Source: the human T2T-CHM13v2.0 reference genome, Homo sapiens
Reading direction: 5' to 3' (one strand)
Assembly: GCF_009914755.1 (NCBI RefSeq)
Contig: NC_060941.1
Length of the DNA stretch: 64,000 nucleotides
Positions 12,392 through 24,695 of the stretch are shown here, piece after piece (position 1 is the first letter of the stretch; every line of letters starts with the position of its first letter). The position numbers and the translations under genes are program-made. The notes under the pieces are model-generated. The model was not told where the DNA came from. It ran no database searches and worked only from the letters and a program-made list of their open reading frames with translations.

Positions 12392-14367
12392 GTCAGCAGC
12401 TCCTGACCCTGCTTCTGCAGGCACCCTGGGGTGTTTTCATTTATCTCATGGAGAGAGGCCACGAATATCCCGAGTGGCTCTCTGACTTGTTTGTCCTGGA
12501 GCCATTCCCTCCCATTTCAGCTCCGGGTAGGTTGGGAATCTTTATTGGGAATTTTACCACTTTCAGCAGCATCTAGTTTGTACCACACGCTACATTTTGT
12601 CACCTCCAAGATGCTGTTAAGACACTACTGTTTTTATGTACCTTGGAAAGAAAAAAGTGCTGCCAGTCATGATTATAGAAGGCAAGATACTATATGATGC
12701 ATCCTAATCTCGGGATGTTTAAATGTTTCTTAAAATACTGCATCTGAAAATGGGTGATTTTTATTTTATTTATTTTTTAAGAATAAAGGAGTTTCCCTTT
12801 GCTTACTGCCCCTCAGCTGAATTAACAAGCCCCGCAGCCTTGTCTGCCAACTCTAGATGGATAGTAGTAGCTACTCAGACCTGTTGAAGTCTTCTGAGTT
12901 TAGGCTTGAACCTAAGCCGTGGTGATGGGCAGGGAGGTTTAGGGATGGCACGTGGAAATGAGGTAATACTGTCCACGAGCATGCGGTGGGTGCCAAGCAC
13001 GAGGTTAGTGCCTCGCATGTACCTTCATGTCAGCCCTGCTTTGTTTGTGAGGAAGTTGAAGCTGAGAAGGGGACCAGGGACCACCCCACTGAGGGAGCTG
13101 GAAGCTGGCCTTTGAGTGCAGCCTGCTAGAGTCCGGGTGTGGTTCTGAGCCACTGCTGGGAGCCATCGGGATGGCAGGTGTTAGCCAGTCCCATTCTGTG
13201 GGGCAGAGGCTGGATACTGTGAGTGAGCAGAGCTCCCCGCCCCCTCGCCCAGCCCCTGTCAGCCTGTTATGCTTCCCGCAGGCTAGCCAAGCAGTCTTCC
13301 CCCAGAAGGGGTACTTTTCCCTGCATGAATCCTGTTCGAAGCGCCTAGTGTTAAGGGGGGAAGTCATTTTGAAGGTGATTCTTCCTTAGCTGGGAGCAGG
13401 ATCTCTTGGGCCTTAGTTCTCTGCATCCAGTGTATGGGTTACTTGGCAAAGGATTATACTCAGGGTTTGGAGAAACCATGTGGAAGGTAACCTAATTGGT
13501 AGACTCTCAGGAGTGATCTATTTCTGGTGATTGAGTCATCCATATTTAAGCCAGGGCCACTTCTCTTGAGCTGATCTGGACCCGCTTTTTTGTGACGGTC
13601 CCTTTGGCACGCTCTTGAGTGAGAGTGGAACAGCCCAGGTCGGGAGCAGAGTCTGTTCCCATTGGGTTTTCTTGGGCATGAGCTTTGGCTCAGTCTTTTG
13701 ACCAAGGGAGTATTTGAGCCAGAAGAGTGTTCAGAGTTGCATGAATCAGGCCTAAGCAAAGGGAAAGGAGACTCTCCTTTTTTAGTCCACATATGGCAGA
13801 GGAACGAGCGGGTCCCCGCTAGGTATAAGAATGGGGCCCTCAGGCAGGCCAGTGAGGACTTTGTCTAGCTCTGCTGGGCTGAAGGCCAGTACCTATGACC
13901 CTGGGACTGGGCCCTGGGGACAGGAGACTGACCCTTGGTCTGAGGGGGTAGGATAGTTGGAAGGGTGTCAAGGTGTTTGTGGTCCATCGGTCTGGCTCTC
14001 AGGACCATGTGGACCTCAAGCGTGTCTCCTCCCCCGCCCTCTGGGCTCCCCTTCCCTGGGCGCAGTCTGTCTCTTCCAAGTTCACCACTTGTGTCTCTGC
14101 TCCAGCAGCTGTGGCTGGGTGCGGCTGCCAATTAAGCAAGTGGGACTGTAAGTGACAGGCTAAAATTAGGTGTATCGACACCCCCAGTTCTCCTTTCATT
14201 GGGGTTGTTCTGAGCCTTCTAGACTGTAAGTTGACAGTCACCTGCCAAGCTTGAGGAGCGGGTGTGGGGCAGGGCCTCCTGGGAATGTGAGTTTGGGAAG
14301 TTCTTGGTTACTGGCTGCTCTGAGTGGGGTCTGTGTGTGTGCGTGCCTGCTGCTTCTTCCCCTGCAG

Positions 14368-14501
14368 GTTCTGACAGGAACAGCATGGATTCCGTGGATA
14401 GCTGTTGCAGTCTCAAGAAGACTGAGAGCTTCCAAAATGCCCAGGCAGGCTCCAACCCTAAGAAGGTCGACCTCATCATCTGGGAGATCGAGGTGCCAAA
14501 G
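14368..14501 (+). CDS. AKAP1: AKAP1 exon 3 ([14 protein letters not shown]...IWEIEVPK; start of KH domain)
   Basis: cctgcag| acceptor and AAG|GTAGGG donor; 134 nt, cumulative 1848 nt = 616 codons. Confidence 0.97.
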
Positions 14502-16140
14502 GTAGGGGCGGAGTCCCCCAGGCTGGTTCTGTGGTAAGCCCAAAGCTCCCTGGGGCCAGGGCCATTAGACCTCAGGGAGGGAGGGGGCTGGGAGAGGGAC
14601 AGTAAACCAGAAGGAGCCCTGGGTCAGCCAAAGGCCGCAGGGAAAGGACACGCTACACTTTGCCAAGGCTCAGAGAGCTTCCTGCAACATGGAATTCCTC
14701 CAGCTGCCTCCAGGAGCATCTTATTCTTGTACTTCTCAAACTCGCAGGCCTGTGTGTCTCCCTTGGGGGTGGTTCTTGCATATTCTGGGGCTCAGATCTA
14801 TTTGGAAAAAAAACACCAAGGCCGTGGGGGCCAGCCAGAATCCCTTCACTGAGCTCTGCTCAAGTGCTCCAAGTGTATTTTATAATTGAGCAAAGCATAA
14901 ATCCATATTTTAGAGAACTTGAAAAGTATAGAAATACATGCAGAAAATAAAAATCAGCTCTAATCCTACCCTTGAGAGTGACTGTGAAAGACTTTTATTT
15001 CCTTCTCATCTTGCACCCTGTGGTTTTTAAACAAAACTGAGATTATGTCGCTTTAATTAATACTTTAAATATTTAACAATTTAATTTTCGTGTGTTATTC
15101 TTTGAAAATGTAACTGTAACTGCATTATTCACTGTGTGGATGTCAGTTTACTTCATCAGTCCCCCATTCCTGAGTGCTTAAGTGGTTTCGAGCTTCTTGC
15201 TATTAGAACTTACAACATATTAGCTTGATCTTGATGTTTATCTCTGGGGCTCAGAAATAATTTGTCAGACCGCATTCTCCCAGGGCCCTGGGCTCTGTGC
15301 TCAGGTGGAGACTTGGCTTGGTCTGAACTCTGGGTCAGAGTGGCTGTTTTGACCGTGGGTTGCGAGGTCTCTTGGTGGTTTCCTCCCTGGGGGGCCCTGT
15401 TATCCGTCCTGCCTGCTTTTCCTTCAGTGGTTACAAAGGGCATGAAGAGAAAGGCTGTGCCTGAGGATGGACCATGTCCCCAGTAGCTCCTCCGGGAGGG
15501 GGTCGTTGGCGGTTGTGTGGGAGCCCATCTTACGTAAGGGCTAAGTTTGGCTGCTTCTATCTGCCTTGAACTCTGGCGCACTGGGCACTTCTGCATGCCT
15601 CCTGCTCTGCAGGCTTCAGCCTGCTGTCACTTGGCAGCGGGAGCCCAGGGTTCTTAGACCTTCATTTTCAAATCGAGCCCCTTTATCTTTGGATCTGAGT
15701 AGACTTGAGGGAGAGGGGCACGAGAAATCGAGAAACTGTGTGCTGGTGAAACTTCTCAGCATGGCTTTTAGAGGAGAAGATGCTGCTGCCTTTGCAGCTT
15801 TCCGGGTCTGGGCCACATTGTTGGGATGAAATGGGAACTGCTTGGTCCTGGAGCCAGACTGCCTGGTTCGACTTCCTGGTTAGCAGCTGTGTGACCTTAA
15901 GGTAGTTACTTAGCCTCTCTGGGCTTGTTTCCCCATATACAGAATGGTGATAAAGTTATCTGTGTTTCACAGGTACTATGAGTAAATGTAAGTGCTTAGA
16001 ATAGTCCTGGAAAATAAATGCTGACATGGTAACAGCTAATATGTTTGAGCATGATCTTGTGTAAAACAGAAGTAGGTCTTTGGGTGTCCAGGGAATTGGT
16101 TTCCCTTTAACCCTCTCATCTCTTTTTGTCTTTCTGGAAG

Positions 16141-16267
16141 CACTTAGTCGGTCGGCTAATTGGCAAGCAGGGGCGCTATGTGAGTTTTCTGAAGCAAACA
16201 TCTGGTGCCAAGATCTACATTTCAACCCTGCCTTACACCCAGAGCGTCCAGATCTGCCACATAGAAG
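16141..16267 (+). CDS. AKAP1: AKAP1 exon 4 (KH core [27 protein letters not shown]...ICHIE)
   Basis: KH GxxG loop (GKQG); pyrimidine tract + AAG acceptor; AAG|GTCAGT donor; 127 nt. Confidence 0.97.
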
Positions 16268-16833
16268 GTCAGTAACATCTGCTGCTTGTATTGCCTCTTA
16301 CCTGAAATATTAAATAGAAGTGAATAGCATCTGAGTTTCAATTGCTATCTTTTTGGAATAGGAAACCCTGCTTCTCATCCCAGGGAAGGGAGCATTAGGT
16401 ATCTTCCCTGCAGCCTTTTCCCCATTTCAGGTGCCTGCGGGAGACTCAGGTCCCTCCCTACTCTGATCTTTGGCCAGGAGAAGTGTGGGTGCTTGGTTGG
16501 GCGGGGCCTGGGTCCTGGGTTCATAGTGCCCACCACCCCATAAAGGCTTCTCTCAAAGCAGAAGTGCCCTGTGTGCAATTCCCCCTTGGCATTTTCACAG
16601 CTGCCTGCCTCTTCTGTTGCATTGAAAGCATGGATCATAATGGCAGAGGTATCATTTGAAAGGCTTAGATGCCTTTCTTCCTAAAGCAGAGCTTAAGTGT
16701 TTTGGTACCTCAAAGATGCACTTGAACTCTATGCAAAGTCCAGTGGAGTGGGGTCTGTGGCTGTGTTTTTGTGAGTGTGGGTGTGAGTTTCCTCTTACAG
16801 TGATTGTATGTCCTGCCCCCATCCGCTATTTAG

Positions 16834-16961
16834 GCTCTCAACATCATGTAGACAAAGCGCTGAACTTGATTGGGAAGAAGTTCAAAGAGCTGAACCTCAC
16901 CAATATCTACGCTCCCCCATTGCCTTCACTGGCACTGCCTTCTCTGCCGATGACATCCTGG
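16834..16961 (+). CDS. AKAP1: AKAP1 exon 5 ([17 protein letters not shown]...PMTSW)
   Basis: tttag| acceptor, TGG|GTGAGC donor; 128 nt, cumulative 701 codons. Confidence 0.97.
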
Positions 16962-17938
16962 GTGAGCGTGCTACTGGGTGATCCGGACTTCTTGCCACTT
17001 TCCCCCAAACCTACCCCAAACAAGAAACTCCCCAGACCTCAGGCTAAGAAGGCCAAGTGCACATGAGTGCCTGCGCCCTCTCTTCTCTGGCCTCTGCTGG
17101 TCGGTTCTGCTATGGGACTGTGTTCTGGGGACAGGGCTTAGGTGGTGATAGCGCTGGCAGGAAACCAGAGGCCTCTTGGTCCCCACATGGGAGGACTACT
17201 TTTCCTGGCTCTGCCCCCTGGGCACCTTTTAAGTTTTCTAGGCGTTTGCTTAGAAAGGATGGTGTAGTTCGGACAGGAGATTGGGTGTGTCCAGGGTCGC
17301 CGTTCACCACCTGAGACCTGGGTGGGACTAGAATCATGGGTTTGGATGGCGCTTGTTCTTTCTTCTGGTTGAGTCAGGCCTTAACAGTGGCCCTGGTGAA
17401 GGATCTCCTTCCCCTTCCCCTCCCCAGGAGGTGCCTAAATTACAAAGAAGAATGAATACTCCCCACCAGGCCCGGAAGTCCAGTGACTCTTGGGAGGTTG
17501 CCCCAGGAGTTTGGCAGAGGGAAGAGCTGCTATCTCCAGGGCCCCTGTGTGCTGCTGACTGCAGGGTCTCTCAGGGCCGTGGCCCATATCCTGCCGTGTG
17601 CCTCTGGCCCTGGTTGGGTCTTATCTCACTGGGAGTAGAATTGCAGAATTCTGTGGGCCAACGACTGTTGACTACGTTTTACACAGATGGACAGATGGGC
17701 TGACTATAGCTCCAAGGAAATTGTCCTCCTTCGTGTTTTTTTTTTGTTTTTTTGTTTTTTTATGGATGGTAGGCATTTCAGTTTTGTGTCTTCCCCTTTG
17801 CAAAGGCCCTTGGGCTGGAGGGAAAGGATTGGGATATCTTTTTCCTGTGGATATGTGAGAGTAGGCTGAATACCACTTTATGCTTTACTCCTGAATCAAG
17901 AGTTTTTTCCCAGGAGGCTCGGTCGTAGACTCACTCTC

Positions 17939-18184
17939 TTTTTTTTTTTTTTTTTTTTTTTTTTGAGACAGAGTCTCACTCTGTTGCCCAGTCTGGAGTG
18001 TAGTGGCATGATCTTGGCTCACTGCAACCTCTGCCCACCAGGTTCAAACGATTATCCTGCCCCAGCCTCCTGAGTAGCTGGGATTACAGGTGTGCTCCAC
18101 CATGCCCAGCTAATTTGTATGTTTTTAGTAGAGATGGGATTTCACCATGTTTGCCAGGCTGGTCTTGAACTCCTGACCTCAGGA
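17939..18184 (-). mobile_element. 5'-truncated AluS
   Basis: Poly-T followed by Alu sequence. Confidence 0.88.
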
Positions 18185-18802
18185 GGGTAAGCAGTAGGAG
18201 GGAGAGCAAATAGGAAGCAGACTCTGCTAGACCTTGACCATGGACCTGACCTGAGGCCACTGCTTGCTCTTGGGAGGGCAGCGTAGATGCTGTCAGACCA
18301 TAGGCTCCTGGGGTTGTCTGCCAGTCCACAGGAGTTGGCTAAAGGGCCTGGGGCCTGCCTACTGCTTATTTTCAGGAGTCTTGTTCTCAGCGGCCACCTC
18401 ATTCCTGTGTTGCCCTCCCTGGGTCTTATAGATTCATCAACAGAAGTGGGAGGGAGGGCACTGCTGGTAGGTGGACCCTGCCCAGGCCTGTGCAAGGCCC
18501 AGCACTACCTCCGCAGTTGCTTCTTGGTTGCCCAGTGTCTGTGGGACCCTCCCTGCCTGGCCCTGAGGTGAGACTGCCCCTAATGGCTGCTCGTGGTATT
18601 GCAGGACAACAGCCACAGGGGTGTCGAACACTTTCTGTTGTTAAAGTAGTCCTTCAACCTCTACCTTCTGGGTGCCATGTTGTCTTGAGTTGCCCTTTTC
18701 AAAGATATGCTAGCCCAGAGACTTGCCCTTGGGTCTCGGGACTTATTCAAAGATGAGATAAGAAGGATTGTTTCAGTGACCGCTCCCCCTTCCCCTCTAC
18801 AG

Positions 18803-18980
18803 CTCATGCTGCCTGATGGCATCACCGTGGAGGTCATTGTGGTCAACCAGGTCAATGCCGGGCACCTGTTCGTGCAGCAGCACACACACCCTACCTTCCA
18901 CGCGCTGCGCAGCCTCGACCAGCAGATGTACCTCTGTTACTCTCAGCCTGGAATCCCCACCTTGCCCACCCCAGTGGAAA
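18803..18980 (+). CDS. AKAP1: AKAP1 exon 6 ([26 protein letters not shown]...PTPVE; extended Tudor N-part)
   Basis: ccctctacag| acceptor, AAA|GTAAGC donor; 178 nt, frame consistent. Confidence 0.97.
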
Positions 18981-20455
18981 GTAAGCAGTGCCCTGAGGGG
19001 TCGGGAAGGGGGACCCCTGGGGTTGCCTGTTCTGCCCTGGATCCTGATCAGGAGGAGGCTGTTCTGCGATCCTTCATGGAAGCAGCATCCTTCAATTCTT
19101 GCCATTGTTATGGAGCTGGGGTGGGTTTCCTGGCAAGGCAGAGCTGGGGTTTCCACTGGCTGGCAGAGTGATGGGTGTTGGAGTAGAGTTTTGACACAGG
19201 GATTCAGATCCCAGCTCTGCCACTAATTTTTTTTTTTAATTTTTTCTTTTTTTTTTTCCCTCAAAGCCAGTGTCATAGTATCTGCCACCTATTTATTATC
19301 TGTTAAAGGGGGTGATACCCACTTGTTCCAGGAATTAGTGTTGAATACTGTATGTATTACATATAAAGCACTTATGCATATAATGGTTACCACAAAAAAA
19401 TCCCCAAGTCCAACAAGCCTGTGCAGCGTGTTGGGTCATCTCCATTTAACAGATGAGAAAACTGGGCCTCAGGTGACTTGCCCAAGTGAGCAGGATCTGG
19501 GGTCTGAGCCCAGCCTTTGTCATTATTATCTTTGTTGTCCTTATCACAGAGGATGGAATGTCAGAACATCACCCATTCCTCACCAGGGGATGGCAGGGTC
19601 ACTCAGTGCAGTAGAAAACCTTCTGAAGTGATCTCTGTAGCCTTTTGTGTGGATTTTTTCCTTTTGGAAGGATAAGGACTTAGTTTTCATTGGCTTCTCT
19701 AAAGTTGCCTTAACCCAGCAGTAAAGACTGAACTGGAGCCTGAGGGGTAACTGCCAGGGGTTCTCTCCAAGGGTCAGGACCCAGCACAGTCAGCCTCATG
19801 TCACAGGTCCTCATCCTGGCCAGCGTGGGCAGCTGTTGGGGTGCTGCTGGGAACGTTTACCTCCTGGTCTCGTCTGCCTCTGACCCACAGTGGGTTAGTG
19901 ACTCCTTGATCCTGGGTGGCTGCCCAGGTGCTGTCAGCACCTTCCAGAGGCAAAGGCTAGAAGAAGGGGGTTTAGGCCCAGGAGGCCCCTTCTGGTCAAG
20001 CTCTCCAGCTGAGTTGTGGGCTGGAGCACACCCTAGGTATGAGGATGCTGAGATCTGCTGCACTTGATTTCTTCAGGGACTTTCTTTTAAATGTAAGGCT
20101 GGCCCTGGCCCCCATTCCCCGAGTGCTATATTTACTTGGTTTATTCCTATTCATCTGTGTCCCTCTTGGGTCCCAGAAGTTTTGGAGTAATGGATCTAGA
20201 CTGAATGCTTCTCAGTCTGGATGGCCTCGGGGGCGGCACACTTGCTAGGCTGAACTTCTCACATCCAGGTTTTTCCCTCGGCTGGTCTTGGGCTTGGGGG
20301 AGGCTTTGCTTGGGGCCGGTTGCTGTTCCTGTCCCCTGCACTGTGGAGGTTGCAGGCCTCTGAGAGGTAACGCAGGGAGGTGGGTAGTGGCCAGGTGGCC
20401 CTTGGTGCCCTGCCCTGGCCCAGGCGTTCCACGCACTCTGCTCCCTACCCTGCAG

Positions 20456-20606
20456 TAACGGTCATCTGTGCCGCCCCTGGTGCGGACGGGGCCTGGTGGC
20501 GAGCCCAAGTGGTTGCCTCCTACGAGGAGACCAACGAAGTGGAGATTCGATACGTGGACTACGGCGGATATAAGAGGGTGAAAGTAGACGTGCTCCGGCA
20601 AATCAG
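20456..20606 (+). CDS. AKAP1: AKAP1 exon 7 (Tudor core [16 protein letters not shown]...YVDYGG)
   Basis: Tudor signatures WWRA and VDYG; ctgcag| acceptor, CAG|GTGAGC donor; 151 nt. Confidence 0.97.
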
Positions 20607-20838
20607 GTGAGCGGAGATGCCTCAGGCAGGCCTACGCCCTGCTTGTTCTGGGATGCGTGATCTCTGCGTGGCTGGCTCAGTTGTGCCAGGGCTTGGGTGA
20701 GGGTTACTTCTTCCCTCCTGCTGCCTACTGTGTTTTAGCAGAGTCTGATAGAAACAAACTCGATTACTCGCTTAGCCAAACTGAGCTAGAAGGCCTGTAT
20801 TGTGGAAGAATCCCCAGCATCATCCTTCAAAAGTGAAG

Positions 20839-20970
20839 CTGGGCCAGGCGTGGTGGCCTGCTGCAAATCCCAGCGCTTTGGGAGGGTCACTTGAGTGCAG
20901 GAGTTCAAGACCAGACCGGGCAGTATAGCGAGACCTCATCTCTACAACATCAACAAAAAAGGAAAAAAGT
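20839..20970 (+). mobile_element. Alu monomer (FLAM-like)
   Basis: Monomer with TSD aaaagtgaagc. Confidence 0.75.
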
Positions 20971-21204
20971 GAAGCAGGCTCCTTTTTAGGAATTTGTCAT
21001 AGGAAGTCCCTCTGAGGTCAGGCTTGCAGCAGGGTCGGCTGGCTGTGTTTGGGTGTGCTGTGAGCCGTGGCCTCCTGCAAAGTACGAACCCTCTGCTTTG
21101 CTGCATCCCAGGTTATGGGCGTCACTGTACAAAGATGAATACTGGCTTGGAGTGGAGTCAGCCTTCATGTCCACATTAAACTTGTTCCTTTCTTGCCTTC
21201 CCAG

Positions 21205-21272
21205 GTCTGACTTTGTCACCCTGCCGTTTCAGGGAGCAGAAGTCCTTCTGGACAGTGTGATGCCCCTGTCAG
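21205..21272 (+). CDS. AKAP1: AKAP1 exon 8 ([23 protein letters not shown])
   Basis: ttcccag| acceptor, CAG|GTAACA donor; 68 nt. Confidence 0.96.
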
Positions 21273-22725
21273 GTAACAGCTGAGGCCTTTGGCTTGGGGG
21301 ATTGTTGGGGACAGTTGTTGAGAGTAGGTCTTTCTCAGAGCCTCCGTTCTCACCTGGAGGATTTATGCTAACATAAGTTGCTACCACTCAAGAGTTTCTG
21401 ACTGAATAGGTCTGGGCTTAGGCCCAGGAACTTACATTGCTATCAAGTTCCCAGGTGAGACCAGTGCTGCTGATCCTTTGAGATCCACTGCTCTAGACTG
21501 TACTCAGACCTCAGGCATCAAGGGGCTTCCAACAAAGGCACTTTCCAGATTATAGTCCAGACCCAGAGTCTTAGCCCCGGTGGTTGAGGGCGTGCTGGTC
21601 ACTGATACTGCTCAGCCAGGCCATAGCTCCATAGGGCACAGTGGGGACACCCTATCTGGTGTCTTAGACTATGAAAGCATTGTCAGAGGGAAGAGGACTG
21701 GCAAAATCTTGGGTAAATGACTTAGCCTCAATTTTCACCCCAGAACATGGGAATGGTACCTGTCTTTGATGCTGGCTGTGAGAATTACATAAACCTAAGA
21801 TCTGGTGTGTAGAGGGTGGCGAAATGGCAGCTGTTTATGGCTAGGAATTTTATATTTGTAGGTGATAGTTCATCCCATCCCACTCCCTCCCCAGGTTTGC
21901 CCCTTCTGATCTCCTTCTTGCTTGTCTTAAGCGATTTGCATGCGTTAGAAATACTACAGTCTAGCTGGAGTCGGCTTAGAGGGAGCACTGGGGCAAGATC
22001 TTTGTTTTGCTTCTTTTATTGCTGTTGCCCCTCCTTCCTCTCTGCTTCTGTCCATCTAAGCGATCTGTCCAGACCCAGCTGAAACTTTCTCCTTCGTAAG
22101 ATTTTCCCGGATCTTCCTTGGTAAACCCCTGTCTCTCCCATCCTTGCCACTGCTTGCCTTGGGTATGGTGTTCTATGTAACTTTTGTAATCCAGCAAAGC
22201 TGAATGCTGCCGCAGCGCCTTGCCCACTCTGAGTGGCTGGCCTTATTGGGCTGTGTGGCCAACTGCCTGGGTTTGATTCCCACCTTCACCACTTGGGAGC
22301 TGGTTGACCTTCAGGAATCCACCTTTGCCTCAGTGTTCTCTCCTGTAAAGTGGGGATAGCACTTGGTGTTACTAATTTTGTGGAAGAACACATATGCTCT
22401 GCACTGCCAGCATCCGAGTTGGTGGGGGTGGGGGTGGTGCTGCTGCTGGTGGTATTGGTGGTGGTGTTAGTGGTGAAGTTTCTGTCCATCTGTTGTCTGT
22501 GCTGCACCAGTGGGCAACATGCAGTAGCGGCCCTTAGTTTATCCACTGGGAGTCATATGGAGGCCTAGGCTCTGTCTCTGACCTGGGTGGATCTCCCCAG
22601 TGCAGTTCTCAAGTTCCACAGCATCTGAAGCATTCTACTTGGAATGCACCTGAAACTTGTGTACATGACAAGGGTGCCTTGCCTCAGTGAGAGCCTAAAT
22701 GCCGCTTTTCCTTTTCCTCCTGAAG

Positions 22726-22799
22726 ACGATGACCAGTTTTCACCGGAAGCAGATGCCGCCATGAGCGAGATGACGGGGAATACAGCACTGCTTGCTCAG
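22726..22799 (+). CDS. AKAP1: AKAP1 exon 9 ([25 protein letters not shown])
   Basis: Pyrimidine tract + AAG acceptor, CAG|GTGTGT donor; 74 nt, cumulative 858 codons. Confidence 0.95.
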
Positions 22800-22936
22800 G
22801 TGTGTGGTTGGCAGGGGTGGGGGAGGCAGGCTGGCTGGGTTCTTGGGAACTGACCTTTCAATGCCTTCTTTCCTGTGGCTTGGCCCTGGATTGACCAGCA
22901 GTATTTAAGGAAAGGTGCATGAAGTAGCTAATACTT

Positions 22937-23303
22937 GATATTAGTCTGTTCTCACATTGCTGTAAAGAAATACCTGGGACTGAATAATCTATAAAGGAAA
23001 GAGGTGTAATTGACTCACAATTCTGCGGGCCTGGGGAGACCTCAGGAAACTTACAATCATGGCAGAAAGGGAAGAGGCACGTCTTACATGATGGGCAGGC
23101 AAGAGACAGTATGTGAAGGAGGAACTGTCAGATACTTATAAAACCATCAGATCTCATGAGAACTCACTATGACGAGAACAGCATGGGCACACCGCCTCAT
23201 GATCCAATCACCTCCCACCAGGTCTCTCCCTCGACACATGGGGATTATGGAGATGACAATTCAAGATGATATTTGAGTGGGGACACAAAACCTAACCATA
23301 TTA
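22937..23303 (-). mobile_element. MaLR solo LTR (THE1D/MSTA-like)
   Basis: The reverse complement starts TAATATGGTTAGG...TGTGTCCCCAC and ends GACTAATA; imperfect 5-bp TSD TACTT/TTCTT. Confidence 0.88.
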
Positions 23304-23326
23304 TTCTTTCCACCCCCCTTCTTCAG

Positions 23327-23389
23327 GTGACAAGTTACAGTCCAACTGGTCTTCCTCTGATTCAGCTGTGGAGTGTGGTTGGAGATGAA
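23327..23389 (+). CDS. AKAP1: AKAP1 exon 10 ([21 protein letters not shown])
   Basis: cttcttcag| acceptor, GAA|GTAAGT donor; 63 nt. Confidence 0.96.
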
Positions 23390-23512
23390 GTAAGTTCTGC
23401 CCTTCTTTTCCTTCTGTGTTGCTGGCCCGAAGTAATGGATTGATTAGGAGCTGGTCCTGGGATTTGTTTCCTCTTGAGTTAATCAGAGGATATAACTGTA
23501 GACAAGCACCTC

Positions 23513-23677
23513 CTAGGGAACACTTTGGATGTCCTGATTGGCAGTGGTGATGTCAGTGTCCTCTAGTGGGTAGAGGCCAAGGATGCCACTAAACATCCCA
23601 TAGTATTCAGGACAGCCCCCCACAGCAAATAATTATCCAACCGCAAATGTCAATAGCGCCAAGGTGGAGAAACCCTG
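23513..23677 (+). mobile_element. MER20 (hAT-Charlie)
   Basis: ctagtgggtagaggccaaggatgc...aaatgtcaatagcgccaaggtggagaaaccctg. Confidence 0.82.
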
Positions 23678-23772
23678 TGCGAGACTTTCTGGGACCTTCT
23701 GTCTGTTGAGTTTTTCTGTCCTCTATCTTATGGTATGAAAGCTTAGATTTCTTCAGCATATTAAAAAGCCTA

Positions 23773-24169
<397 letters not shown>

Positions 24170-24172
24170 TTA

Positions 24173-24175
<3 letters not shown>

Positions 24176-24222
<47 letters not shown>

Positions 24223-24496
24223 AGACAGTCTTGCTCTTGTTATCCAGGCTGGAGTGCAGTGGCGTGATCTTGGCTCACTGTAACCTCCGCCTCCGGGGTT
24301 CAAGCGATTCTGCTTCAGCCTCAGTAACTGGGATTACAGGTGCCTGCCACCACACCTGGCTAATTTTTGTATGTTTAATAGAGACGGGGTTTCACCATGT
24401 TGGCCAGGCTGGTCTCGAACTCCTGACCTCAGGTGATCCACCTGCCTCAGCCTCCCAAAATGCTAGGATTACAGGCATGAGCCACTGCGTCTGGCC
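24176..24496 (-). mobile_element. AluS with a 46-nt pure T tail
   Basis: T run 24176-24221; TSD ctgttactct. Confidence 0.9.
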
Positions 24497-24620
24497 TACA
24501 CTGTTACTCTCATACATCTGTTGCCTGCAGTGGCAACCGGGGAGGGGAGAACTCATGTTGGCTAGGGAGATGGCCCCAGGATGCCATGGACAAAAGCTTT
24601 AAGGGAACTTTCTTTTCTAG

Positions 24621-24695
24621 GTGGTGTTGATAAACCGGTCCCTGGTGGAGCGAGGCCTTGCCCAGTGGGTAGACAGCTACTACACAAGCCTTTGA
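24621..24695 (+). CDS. AKAP1: AKAP1 last exon coding part (VVLINRSLVERGLAQWVDSYYTSL*)
   Basis: ttttctag| acceptor; TGA at 24693-24695; summed CDS = 903 aa, the length of AKAP149. Confidence 0.97.
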   Translation: MVLINRSLVERGLAQWVDSYYTSL

